Shown one piece after another: positions 21,253 to 31,409 of a stretch of DNA of 64,000 nucleotides (its first letter is position 1; the number at the start of each line of letters is the position of its first letter). The notes under the pieces were generated by a model that worked only from the letters and a program-made list of their open reading frames with translations, was not told where the DNA came from and ran no database searches. Where the stretch lies: the sequence record PX969468.1. One strand, 5' to 3'. The position numbers were made by a program, and so were the translations under genes. This stretch comes from a phage.

Positions 21253-22299
21253 GTGATGACTAAACCAGTTATCCCTCTTGATATTTGGGCCAATCAGGAT
21301 GTTGTGCTTGAAAATACGGGAGAATTGAATAAGTCTCAACCAAAAAAAGAAGAGAGATTGAAAGGTTGGGATATGACACAAAGAGTGGCATGTGAAGTTG
21401 TTAACTTTGAACTTCACATGCTTTCTGCGTGGTTAAAGCATTTAACAGAAGATGTTGTCCCAGGATGGGATAATAGATTCTTAAGGGTCACTAATAATCT
21501 AGCAGACGTTCCAGACAAAGCTGCTGCACGTCAAGTTCTCAATGTATACTCGCCTGAAGAAATGGACGATCTGTATGTTGACAAGTCTGGAGACATAATG
21601 ACTCAGACTCAAACTTTAGGCCTTCAAAGAATCGAGTTTGCATCTGCGTCAACAGACAATGCGGCAATATATACCACCATAACCTCAGACAAGACGATGA
21701 TGGATTTCTGGATTATGGACAACATCGGTGGTGCTGACGGCACAGATCTTGATGATCCTTCTCACCAAATAGACGGGTTCCGTTGGAGATTTCAGCCTTC
21801 TGGTGGGCAGCCTGTGTTTTCGGCTATGAAGCTCAATGCTATAACTGCCAACCGTGCAAGACTGGCTATTCAAGGAAATCTTGAATGCAACGATGCAAAA
21901 AGTTCCTCTGCAAATGCCAATGCAGTTACTATACCAAGAGCCACTGTTAATGGTCAACAATCCTGTGGAAGCGCTCAAATAGGTGGAAGAGTTGATTGTA
22001 ACGATGAAACCGTCAGGGGCCAATATGCAACAGTTGGTGGAAGAAACGTGGTCCGTAGGGTAAATGGTAACAGCGCAGACGGTAGTGGTAACCTTACTAT
22101 TCCTATGCCTAGTAGGGGTGTTGAAGATGTAAGGATAGCAAACCGTTTCAGAACCACCTACAGAGAATCAAGAGTATACCCTGGGCATGTAATGTGCTCC
22201 GGCAATTACGCCTATAAACACCCGTATCAGGGCGACTATTGGACTGGAGCCATTCAAAAATTTGTAAATGGTCAATGGATCACTATATCTTATGCTTAA
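21253..22299 (+). CDS. tail fiber protein (short fiber, copy 2; paralogue of 19201..20241)
   Basis: alignable end to end with 19201..20241 (PLEIWAEEDQVL vs PLDIWANQDVVL; FRWRFQP; LNAITANRA; C-terminal KLVNGQWITVNYA vs KFVNGQWITISYA); central region diverged. Confidence 0.7.
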   Translation: MMTKPVIPLDIWANQDVVLENTGELNKSQPKKEERLKGWDMTQRVACEVVNFELHMLSAWLKHLTEDVVPGWDNRFLRVTNNLADVPDKAAARQVLNVYSPEEMDDLYVDKSGDIMTQTQTLGLQRIEFASASTDNAAIYTTITSDKTMMDFWIMDNIGGADGTDLDDPSHQIDGFRWRFQPSGGQPVFSAMKLNAITANRARLAIQGNLECNDAKSSSANANAVTIPRATVNGQQSCGSAQIGGRVDCNDETVRGQYATVGGRNVVRRVNGNSADGSGNLTIPMPSRGVEDVRIANRFRTTYRESRVYPGHVMCSGNYAYKHPYQGDYWTGAIQKFVNGQWITISYA

Positions 22300-22310
22300 A
22301 AAGAGGGTAA

Positions 22311-22577
22311 ATGAAATTAACTCAGTTTTTATGGGGGTTGGTTGCAGCATCTGATGACCCTACGAAAGTGTCCCAATCTAAGCTATGGTCAAACATAGGC
22401 ATGGCAGTGATGACTGGGGTGTTTATTCATATGGGGTACAATGATACGCTTCCTGAATGGTATGCGTGGATATATGCACCTTCAGTAGCCTGCCCCCAGC
22501 TTATTAGCAAATTCATCTCGCTCCGGTGGGGTTGCCAGCACCCTGACCACGTTAAAAACGAAGAGCAAAAAGCTTAA
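22311..22577 (+). CDS. hypothetical small protein with hydrophobic segment
   Basis: 88-aa ORF with RBS (agagggtaa) between fiber genes. Confidence 0.3.
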   Translation: MKLTQFLWGLVAASDDPTKVSQSKLWSNIGMAVMTGVFIHMGYNDTLPEWYAWIYAPSVACPQLISKFISLRWGCQHPDHVKNEEQKA

Positions 22578-22586
22578 GGAGAAATC

Positions 22587-24332
22587 ATGGCGCAAGACAT
22601 GACAAGCTTCGAGCAGGCGGTAGATCAAGTAATTGTTGATTCTGAACGTTTGCACTTGATTGTCAACGGTAACGCTGTGGATGAAGTTGTCGTAGAGGAT
22701 GGGACCACCATCCCTACGGTACGAAAAGCCATGCTTGACACCCTTTATTTTAAAACGCCACCAATCCCTTGGGCGTATGGTGCATCCACAACAGTTTTTA
22801 ACCAGTTGTATGAGTTTAAAGGGGATACAGGCACTCAGTGGTGGTATGCCCCAGCAGCATCAAAATCTAACCCGGTTAGGATGCCAGCAGATCCTTCACA
22901 ATCTCCGAACTGGAGATTATATACCGATTCTGCAGTAATGGCAAAATACTACGCAAAACTTAACAGTCCAAGGTTCGAAGGTGACCCGAGAGCACCTACA
23001 CCTCCAATGGACGATAAGTCCGAGTCTATAGCAAACACAGAGTTTGTTGTTGACTATGTGGATAGTATATTCAAAGCCATGGAGGGGATGAAAGTAACTG
23101 TAGGGTCTTTGGTAGTAAAAGGTCTTACAGAACTGGCTAACACCATAGTTGGTGGCACCCTTACCATACACGGGCCTGTTAATGGAGCGGATTCTACTGC
23201 ACGCTTCAGGAACCTAATCCTTACTGCAAATACTTCTACACTAACTTTTGCGTGGAGCGATCCTAAGCATGCCGACTGGAGAAGCACAGAGCTGCAACCT
23301 CATGAAGTATCCACCCACAGAGTTATAGCCGACACTATAACCTCTGGGAAACCAGTGGCTAATAACAACGATGTGCATTTTGACGGTCTAGGTAATAACT
23401 TTTTTGACTACGTGTACATTCGTGGTAATGCCATGAAGGCAGCAACCGAACCGACATTGCAGGTCGATGGGACCACTAGGGTTAAGAACCTTGAGGTGAC
23501 AGGTACCGTTACAGGGATAACCTACTCTGTCGATGGCACCATGATCTACCCTAGCTATATTGAAAGCACGGGTGACGCATTAATAAATGGTGATTTGGAG
23601 GTTGGCGGGTCTGTAGTTATTCGAGGTACGGCCTCTATCCAAAACATAGCTCTGAATACTCTCAGAGTCAATGAGCGTGCAACTTTTGAAGGAGAAGGGC
23701 TTACAGCCAACAAAGGTGTAATTACCGAGCTGACAACCACCACTTTAACTGCAACAACTGCAAACTCTGAAAACTGCAACGTTACCAGAAACTTGCAGGT
23801 AAATGGGGATGTTAGTTTAAACGCAGCAGGTACGGGCACCACCTACCTTCACAACCTTGAAATATCCGGCACAGTGACTGGTTGGCTGCCAGACTTCTCT
23901 AATGTCAACTTTGTCTGTAATGGTATTAACTCTAGTGGTAAGATAACCACCTCTCAAGAAATTGAGGCTGGTAAAACCATCACTGCCCCTACTTTCCACG
24001 CAGGGAAGGTAGATTTCGATTTAGAGGAGGTTGACGCGTCCAGTGGGACATGGACACCTAACGGGCAGGCCAGTATGTATGTTGTCCACGCTAAAGGGGA
24101 TTTTACAATAGGCCAATGGCCTGGAACATCGGCTGAAGATAAACCTTACCCGTTTACTGCAATCATCTATGTCATTCAAGATGCCGTAGGCCACAACGTG
24201 ACTTTGCACGATAAATATGCCATACTGTCGGCTACCCCTGTTATTAACAACAAAGCCAACAGCGTCACCTTGCTACAATTGACATATTGTGGTGTTGGTG
24301 ATATCGTAGATGTGGTTATTGCACAACGTTAA
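22587..24332 (+). CDS. tail fiber/tailspike-like protein
   Basis: 581 aa, Thr/Gly/Asn-rich beta-rich repeats (VTGTVTGITYSVDG; LTATTANSENCNVTRNLQVNGDVSLN); RBS; terminator downstream. Confidence 0.4.
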   Translation: MAQDMTSFEQAVDQVIVDSERLHLIVNGNAVDEVVVEDGTTIPTVRKAMLDTLYFKTPPIPWAYGASTTVFNQLYEFKGDTGTQWWYAPAASKSNPVRMPADPSQSPNWRLYTDSAVMAKYYAKLNSPRFEGDPRAPTPPMDDKSESIANTEFVVDYVDSIFKAMEGMKVTVGSLVVKGLTELANTIVGGTLTIHGPVNGADSTARFRNLILTANTSTLTFAWSDPKHADWRSTELQPHEVSTHRVIADTITSGKPVANNNDVHFDGLGNNFFDYVYIRGNAMKAATEPTLQVDGTTRVKNLEVTGTVTGITYSVDGTMIYPSYIESTGDALINGDLEVGGSVVIRGTASIQNIALNTLRVNERATFEGEGLTANKGVITELTTTTLTATTANSENCNVTRNLQVNGDVSLNAAGTGTTYLHNLEISGTVTGWLPDFSNVNFVCNGINSSGKITTSQEIEAGKTITAPTFHAGKVDFDLEEVDASSGTWTPNGQASMYVVHAKGDFTIGQWPGTSAEDKPYPFTAIIYVIQDAVGHNVTLHDKYAILSATPVINNKANSVTLLQLTYCGVGDIVDVVIAQR

Positions 24333-24341
24333 TATATCTGA

Positions 24342-24366
24342 CCGCTCCTGACGGGGCGGTTTTCTT
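24342..24366 (+). terminator. rho-independent terminator
   Basis: ccgctcc-tgac-ggggcgg followed by ttttctt. Confidence 0.6.
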
Positions 24367-24380
24367 ATCTGGAGAACACA

Positions 24381-27300
24381 ATGCTTCCAATCCCTTTGCT
24401 AAAACTTGGTCGTCATTTCCTCGATAAGAGGGGTGGAGTTAAGGAACTTGCTGTTCTGTCATACCCAATAGACAACAGTGACGGTACAAGCACTACAGTG
24501 CCATATGTAAATAGCTTAGCCATACTTTTTGACGACGGTCAACTCAATATTACAGGTTACAACAGGTTCGGGGAGTGCAGGACTGGAGATCTTGACACGA
24601 TAAACTACCCAAATGAGGCTGCCTGGAACGTTGATCATGTGTGGAGAGCAGACCGTGCGTTTGTGATCCGAACTTTTGATAATCAGTTTTTCTACATCGG
24701 CTGCACTGCAGGGCTTATTGGATCTGATGCTGCAGGTGGTAATGATGTTTGTGTAAGGGAGTGGACACCTCTTCCTGAACAGATTGTTAAAGGGTTGCAC
24801 CTTGACACCCACCCGGAGCGCCTTGTTGAGGTGATGGGTGGTATTAACAACACTGTCTGGGTTATTGCAGAGGCAGAAGGCACAGGCATACTGAATCTGT
24901 ATGGGTCTGGTAACAACACCTACGGATCTTTGCATGTAGATAAAAATCAGCATGCAACCCCTGTAAAGATCGGTGAGACATCGGAAAATCCTGAAACAGG
25001 CCCTTGGAAAAACCCAAGCATTAACTGCGAGGTGCATGACAACTCTGTTATTTTCGGTGGTCCTAGAGGTTTCTGGATTGCTGGATACGACTTTCTGAGA
25101 AATAACAGTAGAAACGACCTTGTTTGGCCTCCTGTGCAGATTACTCGTAACGATTTGAGAGGCATTCCTGCAGATGAGGAGTGGAAAGGGTTTATGTGTG
25201 GTCCTAACGGGGCAATAATTGCCACACAGAGGATGCACAAACCTAATGACCAGCAGCTTGTTAACGTATTCTACGGGCAAGACGTCTGGGGAGATGACAC
25301 ATGGCGTTCCTTAAATATCACCTACACCCATGAGGTGATAATGGCTCGTGGATACGGCACAAGTGGCATTTTCTTCAATAATGGCACTAAGCAGTATCGT
25401 GGGTTCTCTCGCAACTTGTGTAATGATATTGGTGCACAATCTGCAAACAATAGCCCTAGGGCCAATTTTATCCACTATCAAGCTCTTGCTACAGCTAAAT
25501 ATGTTGAGCAACGCCTGCCAGTTAGCTGGACAGAGAGTGTTTATTTCCAAGGCATCCACAGAGAAGGTTTCTTAGGGACCTTTACTGTTGTTAATGGTAA
25601 ACTTTGGTGGTCAGGCATCCCGAGGGGAAGTTTTGCAGGATCTAACAACCTGTTTGGCGGCAGACTTAATAGTCAGGGGTTCACAGAGGTTCCTGAGAAT
25701 TGGTATAAAAATGTCCCAGTAGACAGTTGGGGTGTTGATGATATTTTCGATGTTAACGGTGTTAGCAGCGTTAGCAATATCTACATTGGTGACACGGTCA
25801 AGATGAAACTGAAGCCTCAGCCAGAGGGGGCTACGTTCATTATTGACAAAATTGAACTGGTAAATGCTGCAGGCACGGTTGTTACAGATGCAAATTACCA
25901 ATTCTCCACCAACTGGAACCACGGTGGGGCCAACGAAGTTGTTGTTACCCAATATAACAGAAATGTTAACAGACGTGGACTGTACTCTGTAAAAATAACC
26001 TATCATGACAAACATGGCACAGGCAGAACCCACACAACAAGGACTTTGAACTGGAACACTATCGTCCCAGCGTACCCGTCTGATGGTAAATGGCATACTG
26101 TCGGTAGAAACAAACAGTTCCATGTCAACGATACTGTATACTTTGGGTTGAATGCCGCCCAGCCTGCAGTAGAAGGGGATACATCGTATATGGTCAGACT
26201 CCATAGAATGGATGCTGGATCAGTAACTTATGATGTTACTCAAGAGATTTATAATCAGCGACGAAATACCTATGATAACTTGGTGCAGACACAGGCCTTA
26301 TGGGAGTTCAACCCAAACGGCAGAGGTGGTAAAATGTTGCAGGTCAATGAACAAAACTGGACATCGTTGACTGTTCACGAACACCAAAACCCTTGGCCTG
26401 ATCCTGGAAAACCTAACTCTGGTGCTCGTACACTGAAAATTGTCAGCCATGATGTAGGGTATTTCGGAATACGCTGGGAAGCTACAGTAAGATATGCTGA
26501 TGGGACAACAAACAACATAGGGATCACTCTTGGTGGCACTAGTGAGGATAACTCACTGAAAATTGCCTACACCCCTAGAGGCATCTCTATTGACAATATG
26601 GATGTTGTTCGCAACGGTTACGGCGATGTGAATGTCAAAGTTACTCTTGGCGAACATCTTGGTGGGGAAAGGATCATCATGTATGCCTTTGATCATGACC
26701 CTCGCACCAATGGAACCTATGCAGACCAAGCATGGAGTTACCTGATAAGCGCACCTGAGCCAAATACTAAAGAATTCTACTATGGTATGAAGCGAGATGT
26801 GTGCAAGAAAACAGGAACACATGACTGGATTGCTATCTGCGTTAAAGATGAGCGCACAGCTTGGGATGAGCCTGTTAACAGATGGTTCATAGGTATTCCT
26901 ACCAGAAGTGATAAGTATGTCGCAGAGTATATTGTATGCATGGGCGGTACCAACCTGAACATGTGTTGGAACGAAGATGTAAACAAATACTCTGATTATG
27001 ACTATATGAGGGATTACTCTTGCAATCTGTGGTTTAACCAAACTACAGGTTACCCTCCGCGTCAGGCAAGGGTAAATCCTGCAATCTTTACAGATACTCA
27101 GGTTTTCTTGACAAAACAGGCCAACGAGGTTCAGACCTTCAAGAATAAATACGATCCTAACAAGTGGTTCTACAACTGTTACGGCGCATTTTTCTGGGGC
27201 CCTGGTGAGTTACCTGGTGGAGGATCTTGCTTGAATGAGGCAACTTACGCCAGTGACTACATCATGGGGCAGGTCAAGAAGTATAAGATAATTCCCGGTC

Positions 27301-30008
27301 CTGAAACTCTGGGTAATGCCGTTGACCCTTATATCATCATGACTGCACTGAGATCCAACATGGACGGGACATCCATGTCTATGCAAATTCCGGTAACAAA
27401 CGGGTACAAACGTGTTGTGATGATCATTAAGTGCGACTTAATAGGTAAACAAGTTCTTGCAGAAAACGGGACATCCACACATCCTTTTGAGGTTGCTCTG
27501 CACTATCAGTTTGCTGACTCACCTTTTGCAGGCGATAAGAGAATATCTGATACAGATGCACAGCGTTGTAAGAAAGTATTGTTGGGTGCAGGTTGGTGGT
27601 GGTATGAGTTTGATTTAACAGACAAATTCACCGACACGTCTAAAGTTGTAACAGGACTTCGTCTAGACCTTGGTGAGAACATGCACAAAGCTGTTTGTGA
27701 TGGCACCTATGGTGACCCTACAATATACCTAAAATATATTTCTTTTGAGCATCCGGAAGATGTTGTCTACGGTCCAAAACTGAGATTGTTTGGCAGTTGG
27801 ATTGCAAAAGATAGGGTAGGGATGGGTAAGAAGGTGAGAGGGTTCTTGGTTGATGCAGGAACAGAAGACATGCTGGTTAATGCAGTATGGCCTGAATTAC
27901 CCGGGACTCAGTGGAACAACTCAGCCAAATCTATAAACTGGTTTAACATTCATAGAGCCATGTGGACCACCAACTGCTACTTGTGGAGAGAGCTTAACGA
28001 TCAGGCCTTTGGCTTCAGCGATGGTAGAAGGATGGCGATCATTTGCTGGACAACACTGCAAAGATGTTATGACCATGACTACGAGATTGGGGGCAGGGCA
28101 TGGAAAAATATCAGGGACAGAATCATAACCAATTTTGCAGACGACAACGGTGGTGGAGCACATAACTTTGGCACAAGCCGACTCATCCATTTGAACGGAT
28201 CCTCAGCCTACAAGAAAGAAGGTTACTCTGGGTCTATGATCGAGTGGGGTCTGGTGAAAGATGCTCGCGTATTGATGGGCCAGCAACTTGCTGCCGCAAT
28301 AGGTCCCAGCGCAGTGCAGTCGGTTAAACCAGCGTGGTTCGATATTCCAATATGGTCATCTGGAACACCAGGAACTGCTGCAATCAATCCTACTACCGGG
28401 GATCTGGAAATCTCTTGGGAGGACTTGAAGCAGGTTGGGGGCTGGGATAAGACAGGGTACCAGGTGCAATGGTGGAGGTCTGACGGATCGTTAGCTGCTG
28501 ATGAGTTTGTTAAGGACAACTTCTACACCATGCCCTCTGCAAAAGCACAACAACTGTTCGGTCAGTCTACCCCGTCAACGATCACCATGTCCATGTGCTG
28601 TAAAGACAACAGGACTGGAGCTTTGGGCCCAAGGGTTGCTAAAGTTTTCTCAGGTATCAAATGGAATCTTCCTGTTCAAAGTGTTGCATGGAAGCAAATA
28701 GGCGATAACAAGCTGCTAGTTACCCCAGCTTGTCAGTTCAACGCAACTCTTAACGTTGATCCTGCTGTTGCGGCAAACTCAGCTAAAGCTTCTGACTTCT
28801 CTGTGTCTAACACTGCCATGGCAGATGTGAGGAAGATTGACACGCTGAACGCCAGAATTACCTGTAAAAACACTTATGGCACATTTCAGATCATCAACAA
28901 CTTCACAGACGCGGATTCTAAGGTAGTGAGGACAGCAAGCCAGACTCTGAGTTTAGGAACTCTGGCCTATGCGGCCCTGATCACTGAACAGTCAGCAACA
29001 CTCCAAGGGGGTGGTGTAGGCAAGTCCATTACAACACCTGTGTGGAAGCCAAATGAGTGGGTTGTGTTTGATTTGACCGTGGACTTCTCCAGCGATAATA
29101 ACTGGACATGGGTAAGGAATTGCTTGTCACAACTGATGGGTGGTCCAAGCTCCGTTAGTGATAGCCACTACTCCACTGACCCGAGTGTGTTTCAGGTGGG
29201 TAAAACTCACCCGGAGACTGGAGCAACGTTGCCTGACAGGAAGTATGCTTTGGTTTGCATCTCTTACGGGAAGGCAGATGTCACCTTCTCAGGGACACAC
29301 ACTTATAACGGAACCTACAACTTCTCAAGGAAGTATAGTCTCAAAGCAGGGAACATTATAGACGAGGTTGGTGTGCTGTATAATCCTGGCAACGGCATAG
29401 GGATTGTGGGCGGTAAACTGCAGATGCAGGAACCTTCTATTACCCCTTCCAACGTATCCGGGATTAGAAAGACTTGGGAAAGTAGTAATACCAACATTGC
29501 AACAGTGGATGCCACCACAGGGCTGGTAACATTTAAAGCTACTGGGAATGTCACCATAAAGTTTGTAGTTACAGATGATGCAGGCCGCAAAACGTCTTCA
29601 ACATCGTTTACTGTCAGACAGATGGCACCTCAGTGGTTTATTTGGGAAGGAAATCCTCTTGACGGGGCTTACCCTAGACCTGCAGGAACGTCCAATATGA
29701 GGGTCTTTACCGGTCCGGTCATGAACAATCCGACCACAACCACCAACCCTACATTTTTTGGTGCTTACATACCTGAAATTATTGGCCTACCAAGGAACCA
29801 GATACAACTGCTTTTCGGAGCAGGTGTTGATGGTCTAGCCACTTTTGGGTACAGTGACAACATTGATGCAGCCAGAAGCTCGGGTTGGATTGGATTTAAG
29901 TTTCAGTGGAACCCTGGTGGTAGAACATTAGGTGTTGCAAGCATAGGTGTTATGCTACCTGGTGACCAGCAATACCATCTCGAAGCTTATACAAACTTCC
30001 CTAGTTAA
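24381..30008 (+). CDS. giant (1875 aa) virion-associated protein with N-terminal RCC1/beta-propeller-like repeats and C-terminal Big_2 Ig-like domain
   Basis: GSGNNTYGSLHV-type RCC1-like repeats near N-terminus; Big_2-like segment SNVSGIRKTWESSNTNIATVDATTGLVTFKATGNVTIKFVVTDDAGRKTSSTSFTV near C-terminus; last gene of rightward structural block. Confidence 0.5.
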   Translation: MLPIPLLKLGRHFLDKRGGVKELAVLSYPIDNSDGTSTTVPYVNSLAILFDDGQLNITGYNRFGECRTGDLDTINYPNEAAWNVDHVWRADRAFVIRTFDNQFFYIGCTAGLIGSDAAGGNDVCVREWTPLPEQIVKGLHLDTHPERLVEVMGGINNTVWVIAEAEGTGILNLYGSGNNTYGSLHVDKNQHATPVKIGETSENPETGPWKNPSINCEVHDNSVIFGGPRGFWIAGYDFLRNNSRNDLVWPPVQITRNDLRGIPADEEWKGFMCGPNGAIIATQRMHKPNDQQLVNVFYGQDVWGDDTWRSLNITYTHEVIMARGYGTSGIFFNNGTKQYRGFSRNLCNDIGAQSANNSPRANFIHYQALATAKYVEQRLPVSWTESVYFQGIHREGFLGTFTVVNGKLWWSGIPRGSFAGSNNLFGGRLNSQGFTEVPENWYKNVPVDSWGVDDIFDVNGVSSVSNIYIGDTVKMKLKPQPEGATFIIDKIELVNAAGTVVTDANYQFSTNWNHGGANEVVVTQYNRNVNRRGLYSVKITYHDKHGTGRTHTTRTLNWNTIVPAYPSDGKWHTVGRNKQFHVNDTVYFGLNAAQPAVEGDTSYMVRLHRMDAGSVTYDVTQEIYNQRRNTYDNLVQTQALWEFNPNGRGGKMLQVNEQNWTSLTVHEHQNPWPDPGKPNSGARTLKIVSHDVGYFGIRWEATVRYADGTTNNIGITLGGTSEDNSLKIAYTPRGISIDNMDVVRNGYGDVNVKVTLGEHLGGERIIMYAFDHDPRTNGTYADQAWSYLISAPEPNTKEFYYGMKRDVCKKTGTHDWIAICVKDERTAWDEPVNRWFIGIPTRSDKYVAEYIVCMGGTNLNMCWNEDVNKYSDYDYMRDYSCNLWFNQTTGYPPRQARVNPAIFTDTQVFLTKQANEVQTFKNKYDPNKWFYNCYGAFFWGPGELPGGGSCLNEATYASDYIMGQVKKYKIIPGPETLGNAVDPYIIMTALRSNMDGTSMSMQIPVTNGYKRVVMIIKCDLIGKQVLAENGTSTHPFEVALHYQFADSPFAGDKRISDTDAQRCKKVLLGAGWWWYEFDLTDKFTDTSKVVTGLRLDLGENMHKAVCDGTYGDPTIYLKYISFEHPEDVVYGPKLRLFGSWIAKDRVGMGKKVRGFLVDAGTEDMLVNAVWPELPGTQWNNSAKSINWFNIHRAMWTTNCYLWRELNDQAFGFSDGRRMAIICWTTLQRCYDHDYEIGGRAWKNIRDRIITNFADDNGGGAHNFGTSRLIHLNGSSAYKKEGYSGSMIEWGLVKDARVLMGQQLAAAIGPSAVQSVKPAWFDIPIWSSGTPGTAAINPTTGDLEISWEDLKQVGGWDKTGYQVQWWRSDGSLAADEFVKDNFYTMPSAKAQQLFGQSTPSTITMSMCCKDNRTGALGPRVAKVFSGIKWNLPVQSVAWKQIGDNKLLVTPACQFNATLNVDPAVAANSAKASDFSVSNTAMADVRKIDTLNARITCKNTYGTFQIINNFTDADSKVVRTASQTLSLGTLAYAALITEQSATLQGGGVGKSITTPVWKPNEWVVFDLTVDFSSDNNWTWVRNCLSQLMGGPSSVSDSHYSTDPSVFQVGKTHPETGATLPDRKYALVCISYGKADVTFSGTHTYNGTYNFSRKYSLKAGNIIDEVGVLYNPGNGIGIVGGKLQMQEPSITPSNVSGIRKTWESSNTNIATVDATTGLVTFKATGNVTIKFVVTDDAGRKTSSTSFTVRQMAPQWFIWEGNPLDGAYPRPAGTSNMRVFTGPVMNNPTTTTNPTFFGAYIPEIIGLPRNQIQLLFGAGVDGLATFGYSDNIDAARSSGWIGFKFQWNPGGRTLGVASIGVMLPGDQQYHLEAYTNFPS

Positions 30009-30020
30009 CAGGAGGCAAAT

Positions 30021-30050
30021 AAAAAGGGGGCCAGACGGCCCCTTTCTTTT
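30021..30050. terminator. bidirectional rho-independent terminator between convergent gene blocks
   Basis: aaaaaggggcc-agac-ggcccctttcttttt: GC stem flanked by A-run and T-run. Confidence 0.65.
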
Positions 30051-30055
30051 TATAA

Positions 30056-30256
30056 TTAGTAATATTCCCAACACGACCCATCTTCAGACGGCTGGACACG
30101 CTTACCTTCATGATCGACATAGGTGTAACCACAGCCTTCACAGATAACAGGGGCCGCATAACCTTCCTTCCACTGGTCCTCTGTGATCAGTCCTTTCAGA
30201 TCTCCGCAGTCACGACCAAACAACTCTTCAGAACAATCTTTGCAAAAATCAGCCAT
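30056..30256 (-). CDS. small zinc-ribbon protein
   Basis: 66 aa with CKDC...C..C...CEGCG cysteine pairs. Confidence 0.4.
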   Translation of the reverse strand: MADFCKDCSEELFGRDCGDLKGLITEDQWKEGYAAPVICEGCGYTYVDHEGKRVQPSEDGSCWEYY

Positions 30257-30259
30257 TTC

Positions 30260-30667
30260 TCAGTCCTCGCATTTAACAAATTTTTCTACAGATCCACCAA
30301 GCACAGCTTGTTGTTTAATGGCACTTTCTTCATCATAGTGGGTAGATTTATGTTCCGTACCTCCAAACTTACCTGTGTGGAAGGTGTGCACCCAAATCTC
30401 TTTAGGAAGGGATTTATTCTCTTCCTCCACCAACTCCCACATACCCCACAAGTGATCTGTGATATCTCTGATGAAATATCCCTCACCGAGGTTTGTATTC
30501 ACACTATAAGCTGATTCGTGATCTCCGCAAATATAACGGAAGGCAGTGTACTCTTTACCTGGTGTGAAGTGAGTGTCCATTAGTATAGCTGTTAAAGAAT
30601 AAGGGTCTCGAAAGCCTAAGAACTTTAGTTTAACAATTTCGACATTTACATCCGCAAGATTATCCAT
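30260..30667 (-). CDS. hypothetical protein
   Basis: ORF track start 30706 lacks RBS; internal ATG at 30667 is preceded by GAGGAG. Confidence 0.4.
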   Translation of the reverse strand: MDNLADVNVEIVKLKFLGFRDPYSLTAILMDTHFTPGKEYTAFRYICGDHESAYSVNTNLGEGYFIRDITDHLWGMWELVEEENKSLPKEIWVHTFHTGKFGGTEHKSTHYDEESAIKQQAVLGGSVEKFVKCED

Positions 30668-30831
30668 GACGATCTCCTCTGTTCGGTTGGTGAGATAATC
30701 ATACATAGATCTGGTGTTGGTGTCAAGTTTAATTTTAAGCGATTCTGGGGAGGTATTTTGTTCAGGAGGGTAATCACACAGGGTAGGGCAATTTATGAAG
30801 GCACAGGCCTCGTTTGAGGCCTTAAAATAGG

Positions 30832-31212
30832 TTATGACGCTTTGACGTAGCGCTCTGACAAAGCTGGGAAGCCAAAAGCAGTACCTATACTACCGTATGC
30901 TACCCACCAGTGAAGTTCATCGTGACACCATTTTCCGATCAGGAAGGTGCTGGGGTAGCGGGTCAGTATTTTGGCATAAGCTTTAGGGTCTGCATCCTCT
31001 GGGATAATGATACTTGGAACATCTTTGTTATGACCACAGCAGCAGTTTAGAGTTTTCAATCCTGCCGCCCATAGACTCATGATAGGCTTAGCCATGCACT
31101 TATCAAGGCACACACGTTTTTTGCCGTCACGGAGCTTTTTAGGCACATCAACGATAACATTTTGATGCTTGGCACCTTTCACTTTCCAATTATAGGATTT
31201 ACACTTGCACAT
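30832..31212 (-). CDS. hypothetical Cys/His/Trp-rich protein
   Basis: 126-aa ORF (CKCKSYNW...NCCCGHN...WCHDELHWW). Confidence 0.4.
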   Translation of the reverse strand: MCKCKSYNWKVKGAKHQNVIVDVPKKLRDGKKRVCLDKCMAKPIMSLWAAGLKTLNCCCGHNKDVPSIIIPEDADPKAYAKILTRYPSTFLIGKWCHDELHWWVAYGSIGTAFGFPALSERYVKAS

Positions 31213-31409
31213 TTAATCAGTCTCCATCTAGAAAGCAATACTTTACTTAAAATCTTTGTCACCTATTACGATTGCACGAATCCACTCATTGTGATGTTCA
31301 ATGGCGGTAAGATGTAACATAATGCAGTGATTGTCATTACCAAACACGGTGCGGTAAGCTTTAGCAGCACCATGATATAACTTCCACATCAGGTAATGAT
31401 ATCTTCGCC

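Noticed and set aside
19201-22299. Mu G-segment-like invertible tail-fiber switch
   Set aside because: Both fiber genes are complete and on the same strand; no flanking inverted repeats or invertase/recombinase gene are present.
24516-25280. 254-aa antisense ORF inside the giant structural gene, and similar antisense or overlapping ORFs (390-803, 6284-6796, 9656-10378, 34651-35217, 48677-49372)
   Set aside because: Each is fully embedded antisense within a longer ORF with better coding features and has no RBS or homology; treated as six-frame artefacts.
31225-31389. Unlisted 54-aa minus-strand ORF in the 31213-31409 gap
   Set aside because: No convincing RBS and no recognisable features; cannot be supported beyond being open.
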